Assembly: GCF_964355755.1 (NCBI RefSeq)
Contig: NC_092672.1
Coordinates: 8,370,001 to 8,434,000 of the forward strand
Reading direction: 5' to 3'
DNA: 64,000 bases
Origin: Antedon mediterranea
Lineage: Eukaryota > Animalia > Echinodermata
A model generated the notes under the pieces. The model was not told the DNA's origin, made no database searches, and saw only the letters and a list, made by a program, of their open reading frames with translations. A program made the translations under genes and the position numbers. Shown in pieces: positions 26,041 through 38,663 of this stretch; within the stretch, counting starts at the first letter, position 1; each line of letters opens with the position of its first letter.

Positions 26041-28182
26041 CAGTGGCGGATCTAGGGGGGGGTGAATAGGGTGGCTAGCCACCCCCCTTAATTCTCAAGA
26101 AAAAAAGATGCAACCTAATCGCGATTGACCGTCGCTAGACGTGGATTAATCTTTTAATTAAGAAGAGTAGCTAGCTAGGCCCTACTAGAGCTTGTAGGGT
26201 TAGCATTAATAGTTGTGTGTAAATACTGTAGGCCTACACAGCGATAGAGCTATAGAGTTCAATTACTATTATGAATTCAAGAGTTTAAAAAGAAAACACG
26301 ATTTACAATCTTCGGAAAATACCCATTTTCAAAACACACGCTCTCCTAAAACTACCAGCGTCACGTTGTCAAGCTCGCTCCTCGTGTGAATGCTGACGTC
26401 ATCACTCTCCAAAATACACCATTTTTCATTGCAGTTAACACTTTGACTGCCAGAGGTTTTTCCAGTTTGAAACTGCCACCGGCAGCGTTTATAGCCCAAT
26501 TCGATGTTTTTATTAAAGCTGATTGAAACTATGTATGTGATCTGATTTACATGTAATTTAGACTAAAATAATCATATAGATTTTAGCTTTACAATGGTAC
26601 CAAGAACGATTTTCAAATCGCAATATGTAAATCGTAATAGTAAAATGAAAGTAACCCACTTTTTGAGTTTTTCGTAGTTTCGCGCAAGAAAGTCGAGATA
26701 TTCGCGATTTTGTGCAAGACATCACAATATGAAAATATTGCCCGGTGAGATCAACAAACAACGAAAAAGTTACTTACACGGCACCGGTAGGCCTAAAAAA
26801 CAAGTTATCACTATCGAAAAATGTACTACATTTTATAAATCATAAATCTTACATCAATGTTTCGCCAAAATCCACATAGTAAAGACACCAGGCCTAGTTA
26901 ACTAGGCCTAAAGTTGGTCCGGAACCGTTTTACGACTATGCCTAGGCTATAGCCTAGTACTACTAGCCTAGCTAGTAAACTGGTGATAATATTCATACCA
27001 TTTCTAAACAAGTTTGTTGCGTGAAACTCGGTCACTTACAGTGAAACACCAAAACAATTAGGGTATACATACAATAATAAAATTAAAGACTTCTTATTGA
27101 AAATTCATCCATTATTTTTTATTCAGATAACAAACAAACATGCCAATCCACATAAACCTTTGTAATGCTTCGGCGGCATAGCTAGCGCGCGACCGATACA
27201 CAATGCGCCAAACCATCGCTGTACGCGCTACTGTGATGCGCGGTGTATGTTATTTCGACAGGTACCATTTTGACAATCGTTCGTAACCAGATTAGTTACT
27301 TTCAAAAGGTAAAAAATTCACGGTCCAGACCGAATTTAGTGTCCATATTTATAGTATATACCAATAATTAACCTATCTACCGGATTTTGTAAAAAAACTC
27401 GAAAAACGAAGATCTTCGTGTTTGGCAGTCAAGCGTTGTGTTTCCAAAAACGAAGATCTTCGTGTTTGGCAGTCAAAGTGTTAATATCCGCCGCCCTGGT
27501 CCGTGTGTGCACAAGCGTTAGCGTGGTATATTTACACCCCTGAGTGGAGTGTAATATCGGGAACTTTTTTCTCGCGCATGAAAATTTTTTGTATAATATT
27601 ATGGTATGCAGTATAAACGATAAAAATAAACAAGAAACATGGTGTTCTTTTATTATTTTATAGGCATAAAATAAACATGAAATGTCTTGTAGGTACATGG
27701 GACGGCCGAAAAAAGTTTTTTTATTTGCGTTATAGACACGGCGATTACTGCGATCATTGTATACCAAATTACATTGAGTTATTTACCCGGCTGTAGGGTA
27801 TATATCTCTGAGGTTAACAGACCACCAAAACACGGTACACAACACATGCACTCTATCGAGGCATTTTCGGAGTACCGCATTAATGTTCATTTTGTTTGAA
27901 GGTTTTTCGATCAAAGTTTATTATTAGTTCGTCGAAAAAGATCCGTACAGTATTTAGGAAGGATATACTGTATTTAAATTTACATTATGTAATATTTGTT
28001 ATTAAGTGTGATGGAAACAGTTTCTCTAGCCTATTAAACAGTGTGTAAGCATCTATTTTTTTAAAAATTTTCGGAGCCTCGGGAGGGGGACACCCCTCCC
28101 AAACCCTCCCCGCTCCGTGCTACGCACCTCGTTTGCCACTTTCGTGGCCACCCCCCCTCGTCAGATCCTAGATCCGCCACTG
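26041..28182. mobile_element. Non-autonomous hAT-like DNA transposon with a 6-bp TSD, hosting a nested element
   Basis: Perfect TIR CAGTGGCGGATCTAG...CTAGATCCGCCACTG; GGTTTG duplicated on both sides. Confidence 0.85.
26439..27480. mobile_element. Non-autonomous piggyBac-like element nested in the hAT-like element
   Basis: TTAA|CACTTTGACTGCCA...TGGCAGTCAAAGTG|TTAA; no transposase ORF. Confidence 0.85.
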
Positions 28183-29033
28183 GGTTTGAATCAACCAGGT
28201 TTTAATACAGGCCAACTGTACTCAATGAATTTGTGTTTACACAATCCTAAAAATATAGTACTTGATGAATCAACAATTTTAATAATATACAGGCTGTTAT
28301 GATATCAACCAAAAGTTGTGTCAAATATTAATAAGAAACCAAATATGATAGACTGTACTATATTTAAAACGCAAGTTTATTTATTAAAACAAATTAATTC
28401 ATTTCCTTAAAAGTCGGTACTCAACTTTAATCGGACACAAACTCAACGCAAGCTCAGTGGTCTATAGTATAGAGAGTTTGTCAGAGGCAAAATGTTTTCC
28501 TACAATCCAATTCTCTATTGTTGAAATTCTATTTTTAAAGTCGCTTTCAAGGTAATATATTGACTACCATGGTGATTGAATGGGTTCAATGAATTTGGAC
28601 CAAATTTGTTTTGCTTACCATCCTTATGTATACAGTACAGTATTGTATCATTTGTGTACATCATGTCGCGATTACTTTATTATCTTTTTATGAGTACATA
28701 GATTAAAAACTAAACACATACTCTTTTTAATATAAGTTTATAACTTGTAACTTTTGTGGTAATCTTTTTTTTTTTTAACAATTGAATGACATGTACCATC
28801 ATTTTATTGACTCCTTTTTTTTAAATAATGGTCAAAATGTAAAAAAAAACAATGTTACTTGTTAGAATTATGTGATTATATAAAGAAAGGATCCACCCAT
28901 GACATGCACTATATTTTATTATATTTTCAGTACCTTTGGTTCAAACGATTATTTGATCACAGACGATTAGTTTGGCCATTTAAAAATAAAAAATGTCCCT
29001 GTATCCCTTTTTAAAGTCCCACAGAATTGTGTA

Positions 29034-29186
29034 AACTGCTGTACACTATCAAACTTTATATAACAACAAATTGTATGTGCCCACATGGCCATGATGTCAT
29101 ATCACTACCATATTTAAGCATCACTACCATATTTGAACAAATCACACTTTAAAAAAAAAAAATAGTTTGATAGTGTACTGTAGACT
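29034..29186. mobile_element. Harbinger-like MITE family 1 (degenerate)
   Basis: ACACTATCAAACT...AGTTTGATAGTGTA with the family core sequence. Confidence 0.75.
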
Positions 29187-29743
29187 TTAGCTTTAGAAAA
29201 TGTTTTCTACTTGTTTTTGAAATAAAAATGTTCTCATCTCACAAACTAGTGTCGAGGAGACCATGTAAGTTTTATTTGGAGCCATGGTGTAGCTTTTAAA
29301 AATTAAATGATTTTATAAGCCTACACAATATTGTAATTTGATTTAATTCGTTATGAAATCATAATTGTAAGATTAGACATGCAGTAAAAGTCACTTTGTT
29401 ATTTTCAACAACCTTCCCTATAAGTTCAAATGTGAAAATAACACACCTAGGTACCGGTAATAAAATTGCTTAAGAAACCAATGAGGTGTAAAGTGCCTGT
29501 GTCTGCTTTATGAGCCAACTAATCCCAAGACAGTATGTGTTTATCCCAGTAAGTACTTGCGGTTAATGTCTAAAAAGAGAATAATTATTCAAATTTTACA
29601 AGTTCGAAAAGGAATATATGATACATTTAGTAAAACAAACCACTTACACCCCGTCCCCCCTTACGAATCATCTTTTCACCCTATTAGAAGGACCTTTTCT
29701 TATGAAATGAACGAGGGACACTTAAGAGAGCCTAAAATTATGT

Positions 29744-30087
29744 TATATAAACTAAACTAAAAATAGGCACAGAAAAATTATTCTAAACCACCCAGTGATA
29801 TACTGAAAATGTATTAATTAATTTGAAACGATAAGATGAGGAAAGAGAGAGAATGAGAAAAAGTCGCCCCAACCAAGATTTCGAACCTGGAACCATTAGA
29901 CCACTGGAGCCTTCATGGTATTGTTCAAACTCGATTGGATAGACTCTTTATTAACTCTCGGTGTGTTAAGGCTAAACAGCACTAGTCCCTCAATTGTACG
30001 CACACGCACCAGAGATCTAATTGATACGCCCTCATCTTTAAGTAGTTTTATTCACAAAGTGGGTTCTCCGAAGAGATACTTTTATAT
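29744..30087 (-). mobile_element. Monomer copy of the tRNA-containing element
   Basis: Colinear with 45990-46345 on the minus strand; the anticodon arm of the tRNA is deleted. Confidence 0.8.
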
Positions 30088-30374
30088 GCAGTATATAAAT
30101 AAACACAGCACACAGGTTCAAGATGACCAACAAGTGTTCTTGGATAAAGACTCTAAACTGAGGTTCAGATACAGTATCAGACTCTACACTAAAAGAACAC
30201 AGATATTTCAAGTACATCTCTCTCCCTAGCTAAAATATGTCTGTAAATTAGGGGTGATGTCAGAGTCATTACAACCATTGTTAGAATGGGTGGAGAGGAC
30301 AATTTTGGATTGGCTTATTATCTAGCTCAATGATGATAACTTTATTAGCAACTACTATTATTAATTGCATTGTG

Positions 30375-30478
30375 TTTTTAGTCGCGTGCAACGTGACTCT
30401 ACAGCTCACTATGTCGGTCGGTCGGTCGGTAAACACTAACTTGAGCATGTGACTGCAGCCATGTATATGGCCTTATTA
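30375..30478 (+). mobile_element. Helentron/DINE-1-like short element (HINE-like)
   Basis: TTTTAGTCGCGTGC..CGTGACTCTA, then (GTCG)n, then GGCCTT(A/G)TT; related copies at 44104 and 51895. Confidence 0.55.
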
Positions 30479-30880
30479 GAATACACAATACACTGTACAT
30501 GCCTATAGGTGCTGTACTTGATAAATGTGCTATCTGTTGCCATGGGACATACAACTCAATATGACCATGCACATGAATGTGTCAAGTGTTCTATTTATTC
30601 AATATTTACCTGTCTTTGTCTTCAAACTAATTGTCATAATTCATTCTCATGACTTGTATCATTGCAGTGTATTTAATATTATAATGTTCATGTCTGAATT
30701 TGTTTATTATTGCAAAAAGAACATGCTGTGTGTTGTACTGTACATTCAAGTATAGCAGTACTGTATAGGAAAAATATTTTGTATAAATATGAATATAATT
30801 AATTATAATAAAAAAGAATTATCATGACATAATTATAATGATATTATAATTATAGTAATATATCAAACCAGATACTGTAG

Positions 30881-31027
30881 ATCATCATCTTGATCATCAT
30901 CATTATCATTATCTTGATCATCATCATTATCATTATCATCATCATTATTATCATCATCATCATTATCATGATCATCATCATTATCATCATCATTATCATC
31001 ATCATTATCATTATCATCATCATCATT

Positions 31028-31071
<44 letters not shown>

Positions 31072-31114
31072 AATCATCATCATTATCATCATTATTATTA
31101 TTATCATCATCATT

Positions 31115-31146
<32 letters not shown>

Positions 31147-31180
31147 TATCATCATTATTATCATCATTATCATCATCATT

Positions 31181-31221
<41 letters not shown>

Positions 31222-31270
31222 TCATCATTCATCATCATCATCACCATCACCATCACCATCATCATCATCA
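30881..31270. repeat. (ATC/ATT)n microsatellite
   Basis: About 130 trinucleotide units; explains the poly-M/D/I ORFs. Confidence 0.97.
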
Positions 31271-32611
31271 TTAATAATACAATCTTAATGTACCAAAATA
31301 AAAAAAACCTGTACAGATTTACCCACTGCTATGAGACTACTCCAGACATCATACTTGTCTTTTTGAAGGGATTCAGTATTATACCTTTATTATTTCATTT
31401 TCATCATGATGACATTTTAATATTTCTTATGAAGCATTATGGCATTGAGTTGTATTCTAAAATTCTTTCTAAGAAATACAATACTGTGCTTGTCAATGTC
31501 GTGTTTGAGATTCTGTATTTTGATCATTTGTCATTGTCAGCAATATGGCATTGTCACAGCATATCAAAAGTGAAAACATGATATTAACAACCCATAAAGC
31601 AAACACGAATAGTGGTTAGGTAGGGGTTTATCAAGTATAAATAATGCATGTACTCCAAGAAATACATTCACTATTTCAAATTTACTTGGTGCATTAAATT
31701 GATATTAATATATTTTGATATAATCAAAATCATGGAATGTTAATCTACTGGATGGCATAATAAATGTTGAGATTTGTTTCATTGCGCCGTTCAATTCTTT
31801 ATTTAATAAAATAGTGCTGTTTTCCATCCCATCAAATGGAACAAGTGTGACTAGCTTTACTCTAGGTTAAGTGGCCAAGAAATTACTTATTCCCCAAAAA
31901 ATAGTAAAGCTAAAACTATATGGACTGAAGACTAATTATTGTTTTGGGATGATTAGGGAAGAATGGTATATCTAGTAGAAGATTTAAACAACAAGATACA
32001 AATTGATATCATTTCAAGATATCAAGTTTTAAATAAATTTTTCTTGAAAAGGAAAATAAATAAACATTAAGGATAAATGATTTTATTTTATTCTTTCGTT
32101 TGACTGGATTGCATTTTCAGTAACATAGTACTGCTTTTCAAAATGGTCCATTTACAAGGTTTAAAAGTAGAGAAAGGTTATAAAATATGTACAGAAAAAT
32201 AAAAGCATAGTACATAATTGTAAAGATACAGAAAAGGTAAAAGCCATACATGCCTATACAAAGTATTAACAAATGATAAATAGAAAGAGAATAGAAAGCC
32301 CCAACCAAGGGGTAAATCAACAATGAGCTTGCATTGAGGATAGGGCTTGGTAATGATAGAAATAATTGTAACTGGGCCACAGCCAGAATTACACCAATTC
32401 ATGCCAAAATTTAATTAAAGTAAAAACAAATGTGCGGTGGTGTTTTTTTTTAAAAGTCAACAGTGCCCTCTATCTATTATCGAGGAGTAAAGAGTGCAGT
32501 GTGTGATGTCACAAGTGGTATTATGTGGTGGTGGCTATGTGAGGCGAATCCCCTTTCCGTTGATAAAAAAATTAAAGAATTATGACCATAGATTGATTGA
32601 AATATATATTT

Positions 32612-32897
32612 ATACTGGGTAACCTCTTCAGTCAAAGACTGTCTCCCAGAGGGCCCAGTTGGTGATCAGTGGCTGTGATGTACCAATACACCGGGGTAAC
32701 CCCCTACTCGTCTCGAAAGGTGTACTACTGTAGGTTCTTTAAAGTGCACATGAGCTAGTTGTGTACACTGGACCTACGGTTTATAGTCCTTATCCGAGAA
32801 GACTCGTTCTACCACCAGAACCATGGAGTGAGTGAGCCTCGAACCCCTGCCGATGTAATTACGGTTCCACTGTCTTAACCGCTCGGCCACTCACTCA
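32612..32897 (-). mobile_element. tRNA-SINE family B (MetaSINE-like central domain)
   Basis: Minus strand: A box TGGCCGAGCGG, B box GGTTCGAGGC, core CGGATAAGGACTATAAACCGTAGGTCC...TTAAAGAACC...GAGTAGGGG. Confidence 0.75.
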
Positions 32898-33725
32898 CAC
32901 AGATTCAATCATTCATATCTTTCTTTATTCTGGAAAACTCATTCAATACATAAGTACTGGTCTCCCATGAGGGAACTACAAAATTAAAACAAAATATATA
33001 CATTAAAAAAAATCGAGTGTACAGTGGCTTTATCGTAAATTTGCTTGTGTTTAAACTGTATTCCATATTTTGATGCAGAAAACCACACATATATACATCA
33101 AAATTTAGTTATCTTTGTAATCCAGGAGAAAATGTGGGAAACCAGGAGCACAATGTTAGGCCAGAAGACAAAGTATAAAATATGGGAGTATACCGGCATC
33201 AATGCAAACTACTGTACTGTAATACAGTGCCAACCTACAAACACAATACAAATACATTGTTGTAACTTCTGCGTAGCCAGGCCATGGGGTATAGAAAATA
33301 TGAGAATGCATGACACTAATAATGACATAATTGTTTGCAGGGACTTTCCCTTATTGTTGTTAAATTCTTTTAAAATGTATTTCCTTGTCTTACTTTTATT
33401 TTCCTTTTCTTACTTTTATTTTCCTTTTCTATTGATAAACAATAATTGTTGTCTCTGTTAACCTCCCATAGTCTACTACTATACAGTATTTTAATAGTAC
33501 AGTATTTGAAAATTGACCAACAAAGAGATTACAATTTAAGATCTTGAAGTGTTCCACCTAGAAGCAACTCCGAGCAAATACCCTGTATTTCTAAACCAAT
33601 TTCCATATGCTAAATTAATTACCAAGCATGCTGTATTCATGCATCCAACAGCAAGAAACTATGATGTAATGTACTTATGAACTGCTGTCTCATTTGAGGC
33701 TTAGGGAGTAGAGTAGAATTTGTAA

Positions 33726-33878
33726 AGCTCTGTCTACACTATCAAACTAGATGACAAAAGTGTGATGTGCTCAAATATGGTAGTGATATACCCAAATATG
33801 GTAGTGATATGACATCATCTCCATATATGGGCACATCACATGTTTTGTAAAATAAAGTCTGATAGTGTAGACAGAGCT
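33726..33878. mobile_element. Harbinger-like MITE family 1
   Basis: Perfect outer TIRs AGCTCTGTCTACACTATCA/TGATAGTGTAGACAGAGCT. Confidence 0.88.
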
Positions 33879-34164
33879 TTAAGGGAGTGGTGTAGAACGT
33901 GTTACATTCCAGGCACTTTGTTAGGATTGAACACTGGACCTTGGAATTGGAAGGCAAGCATGTTAACCACCAAGCAACCAGTATATTAATACCATAGATA
34001 TCTCGATTCTATACAGCCCTTTGCATTAATACTGTACATATGTTCAAAGGCGCTTCACACAAAGCAATATAAAACTTTACTACAGAATATAAAAATCTTA
34101 CTCTGATACTATTAATTTATATTCATTTTATCCTCAGAACTGTAGTGAAAATTTTTTTTTATAA

Positions 34165-34395
34165 TAAAAATAATGTTCAATTTATATAGCGCAAAATGCA
34201 GGGCACCTCTAATCTAAGCGCTGAACAATCAACAGAATATGTAAAAGCACAAAATTAATTAATGTTGAATAAAGTGCAAATTAAAAAGGTGGGATTTGAG
34301 GAGTTGTTTGAATGTGGCGAGTGATTCAGTTTTCCTGATTGAGTTTGGAAGGGTGTTCCAAAGAACAGCAGCTGACCATGAAAAGATGCGTTGTC
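34165..34395 (-). mobile_element. L2/CR1-clade LINE 3' end fragment
   Basis: Minus strand encodes FSWSAAVLWNTLPNSIRKTESLATFKQLLKSHLF*, followed by an AGCGC...GCGCTATATAAA tail. Confidence 0.75.
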
Positions 34396-35743
34396 AATAA
34401 TATTTTAGTAAATTATAATATGATTTACAAGACTGAAGACCATCTTGTATAACGTACTGTACATCTTCTAATCTATTATTTCTATTACCATTTTACAGTA
34501 GTCAAGTATTGTAATCGGCCCTCTAGTATTGTAACTATCTATGGTATGACCTACTAAACAATTGGCACACTTTGTACTCAATTTCCAAATGTTACCAAAA
34601 TGGAAATTTATATCTTACAATTTGATTACATAGAAACCTGATAGCATCCAACCAAGAAGGCGACTTACAGTTTCATAGAAAGATGAGATTAAATTGTTTT
34701 CCATTTCCAAGAATGTGTGTGGCATTTAAAAGTAACAGAAATGCTGATTTGTTACACTATCCCAGAATGCACAGAGGTGCATTGATGGTAACCATATTTG
34801 GTAAAACAAAATTAGAGTATTTATTATTTGCTGTGGAGAAGAGATAACGTTTCTGTTTCTTTTTTGTTCATTTTTAGAATATATACTATTCTAGTAAAAT
34901 TGTAATCTATATTTTATTCAATAAAAAGAGAAAATATAAAACTGTCTGACAGAAAGTAAATTTGCACAATTATAGTTTCTAGGTTATATTATAATACATT
35001 TGAATGAATGAGAGTAAAAAATTAATATTGTCGAACAATAATAAAATACAGTAGATTTCTTAAAATCTATTCTGGTCCTCAATCTTAATTACAGTTAATA
35101 AGTAATAATTGTTCAGTAAATAAACCATGGTAAACTAAGCCTAAATACTGTACTATAATTATTATTACTAAAATTAAAATATTTAATATAACTTAATTAT
35201 GTAAATTATTAATATGGTAGTATAGTATAATAAATACACTCCTTAATTTTTTTATTTTAATTTATAAAAACTGTTAATTTATTGCTATCAATTTGAATTT
35301 CTCAACACCAATTTACTAAAATCTATTTTGATTACAATATACATGCTATTTTTATTGATAAATTTATGATTATTTATTCAAGCAAAGAAGATAAATTAGA
35401 TTGCAATTGTAATTATTTTATGATCAATCCTTTTTTCACTTTCTTAACATTTATTAATATTTTAAGCCAATTTCTACCTACGCTGTGATGATTTATGATA
35501 AAGTAACATATTATCATTTTATACAGCAGGGAATCAGAACCATGTTTAAATCATCACCACAAAATACTCAATTTCAATTTTAAGTTTTCAGTTTCTGTAG
35601 ATAAATTTGTCTGGTAAATTATAAATTATCTGTGTTAATAAATAATTTAACATATTGTGTTATATATTTCATTATTTAATCATTACTTGTACTCCATAAA
35701 CAAATGTTTTAATTTAAGAATATTTCCATTTATATACATATTT

Positions 35744-36810
35744 CAGGCCCGTAGCCAGGGGGGGTTTTTATGGTTCGGGCGAACCCCCCCCTTTACAGCG
35801 AACCCCCCTTAACCGACTGCGAACCCCCATCCCCGACATGCCCAATACCTCACCCTCATCTCCGAAAATCGTCCAAATACGTGCCCCACAGTACAAAAAG
35901 TTGTTCGTAAATTAAAAAAATCGTAAACTCGTTCGGAATAACTCATACAGTACCTTCTTCCCTGTATGAGCGTACTTCGAGCGATATAGTCTGTAAAGAG
36001 TTGCAAATGAATTGCGGATTTTAACCTGAAAAATAAATGTTTGGTCCCTGCATGTAACATGATATTGACGCGTCTCACAGCGAGCTGGGGGACGAACGAT
36101 TCGTACAAAGGACACCGCCAGACAACTGCGTACCAATTGTTTAGATCACTGGCAGTCAGGCAGCATGCATAAAGTATATAGCCTTCCGACATACATCAGT
36201 ATTTATGTGTGGCTATGAAGTATAATGTATCATAGAGGATTATAGTGAATATTAATATTTTACACTATAATATCTATGGTATCATGTACTGTAATTCACA
36301 TTATGGCATCCGATTATTTTTTTCTAGACCACCAGCCGATACGTACTCAAATGTATCAATATCACCTATTTACATTGGCATATTTAATTTCCTCAACAAA
36401 TTGCTGTAAATAAATATTATAGATAGAGCTATAATAAGAATTGCATTTGCCTTCACCCAGTGTGCTTTTTTCGGGGCTTCTCCTAGACGTACGTTCGCAT
36501 TGAACTTGAACGCAAAACAAAATATCGAGTAAATGATCAAACAATCGGCGGTTCCGCACAGAGCACGCGCATCTAACATACGGCAACAAATGTTATCGTT
36601 TAAATAGTCCACGAGTCCAAGTACGATCGTTTTGCTCATTGGGAGAATGCTGCATGAGAGTGTCTTTTCCGGCCATCTAGGGGTGTCATTTAACAAAATT
36701 TGCTTCGCCTCAGGCCCCACCCCAGGGGGGGGGGGTAGGTATGGGGGTGGGGGATGACCCAAATACTTAGTGTGCGAACCCCCCCTTGACAGATCCTGGC
36801 TACGGCCCTG
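35744..36810. mobile_element. Non-autonomous hAT-like element with a 5-bp TSD
   Basis: TIRs CAGGCCCGTAGCCAGG...CCTGGCTACGGCCCTG (one mismatch); TATTT on both sides; CGAACCCCC subterminal repeats. Confidence 0.85.
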
Positions 36811-36973
36811 TATTTTATTTTTTTTTGTAATAGGGGCTTCTGAGATTCCCCCTTTCCATTTGTTTTTTTTTCTCTTTGTACTATATGGCTCTTTATGTAT
36901 ATTTATGAATGTGTATGGTATGATGAATGGAAATAAGTAAAGAAAGAATTTTTTTTTTTTCATTAACCTTTAA

Positions 36974-37191
36974 AGGGCAATTTACACAGACGAGCACGAA
37001 CGGTAACCGGAAAACCGCGTAGCTTGTCCGACGTAAATCTATATCCTGAGTGGGTTTCCACTCCACTGCCCATCCGCTCCGCTTTTGTGTATGGTCATAA
37101 GACACTTGTACATAGATTATATGTGGTTTGTATTACCGCTTACCGTTACCGCTTACCGTTACCGTTACCGCTCGTCTGTGTAAGTTGACCT
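36974..37191. mobile_element. Harbinger-like MITE family 2
   Basis: TIRs AGGGCAATTTACACAGACGAGC/GCTCGTCTGTGTAAGTTGACCT with TWA flanks; internal (ACCGTT)n. Confidence 0.75.
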
Positions 37192-37755
37192 TTACACTTC
37201 GACAAATCTGTTAATGTGTTCACAAGTTGATTCAACTAAAATTTAATATTTAATAGCAAGAGATTCTTCATGCATTTGCTTTGATTTTCAACTCTTAGAT
37301 AAAACGCTTTAAACATTTTCGCTGTGGTGAACATTTTTAAAAGCTACTCTGATGTAGTAAAGGTGATTTAATTTTACAAGACAATGTACAGTATATATTG
37401 AAAACACTGGCACTCCTTCTTGGACCCTTTTTTCTTGGCATTTTTAGTAATGAAAAGGATAATATTATTTATCAATATACAGTAGACTGTACATTGGCCA
37501 CATTTAAATGCGTCTTCATTTATTACTAGTTCTACTACATATTTTATGCAATTTTACTATTATGCTGTTATTACACTTTACTGTCAGTGTCAATGTCTAT
37601 AAGCAAACTGGTAATATTTTAATATAAATAATAATAACAAAATCATTATTGTTGCCTATTAATATCAATTTTATTTTAGTTCATTATTATCATTATTTAA
37701 TTTTTTTTTTATATATAACATTTATTTATTTTTATTCTTATTAATGCTTTTACAG

Positions 37756-37902
37756 ACAATGTTTCCCGAAATGGATATGGACGTGATCGAGGCAGTTCTT
37801 CGCGCTAACAATGGCGCTGTTGACGCGACTATTGATCAGTTGCTTAGTATGCAGTCAGATACGCCTGCATCACCTTTTAACTCGTCGTCTCAGGCACCGC
37901 AT
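37756..37902 (+). CDS. CUEDC1: CUEDC1 exon encoding the CUE (ubiquitin-binding) domain
   Basis: ttacag|ACA...CAT|gtaagt; TMFPEMDMDVIEAVLRANNGAVDATIDQLL contains the MFP and LL CUE motifs. Confidence 0.96.
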
Positions 37903-38552
37903 GTAAGTAGTTTGCAGGAACCGTTAGAAATGGCTCACAGAATCTCCTAAGGGTTTTAAATTGCTTAACATGATCTATCTATGCTCATTCAAGTACAGTC
38001 TTCACAATAAAATGATATAATTCACATAATGTTTCATATCTGGGTCAAGTGCATAGAATCTACTGCGCTATAAATGATATTATATACAAAAATATTAAAA
38101 GTTTCGAAGTTGAATTGGGAGAATATTTGAATGAGTTGAAAGCTTGAGGCAGAAACCGACTTGAATAGGACAGTCGGGTTTTCAACATACAGGTATACAA
38201 TTATTTATCTATTCAAGAAATACAAAACATTCTTTATTATTTTAAAATGCACACCGAACAGTATTAATTAATTAATCTGCCACTTCCCTCCTGATTGATT
38301 ATCAAAGGCTATATACTACGCTAAAAGACTGCACACGGAGTAGAGCACAAATACATACAATGATATTTTCAATGATATTATTATTCACTTCGTCTATCAC
38401 ATTGTATTTGTAATTCTCAAACTGTTTACAAAAAATTGGCCATGCAATAGTACCTTTGATTAAAAGTTTTAACAACATAAATATAAACAATGGCATGTGA
38501 TATGTAAAAAATTAACCAAACAAATGTCAGGGATAATTTTCACTAACAAATA

Positions 38553-38663
38553 TAGTCTATTTCATGCTTACCTGGCTAAAATAACAAATTCCATATTCTC
38601 GCTCTTCAAGGAGAATATGGCATTTGTCTGTTTATCCAGGTAAGCTAGCACTTATATAGACTA
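38553..38663. mobile_element. Palindromic MITE-like element
   Basis: TAGTCTAT..GCTTACCTGG...CCAGGTAAGC..ATAGACTA; half copies at about 14949 and 23348. Confidence 0.6.

Noticed and set aside
30850-31288. Poly-Met, poly-Asp and poly-Ile ORFs
   Set aside because: Translations of an (ATC)n microsatellite.
36370-36963. 197-aa ORF with a proline run
   Set aside because: Spans a transposon end, poly-G/C tracts and flanking low-complexity DNA; no domain.
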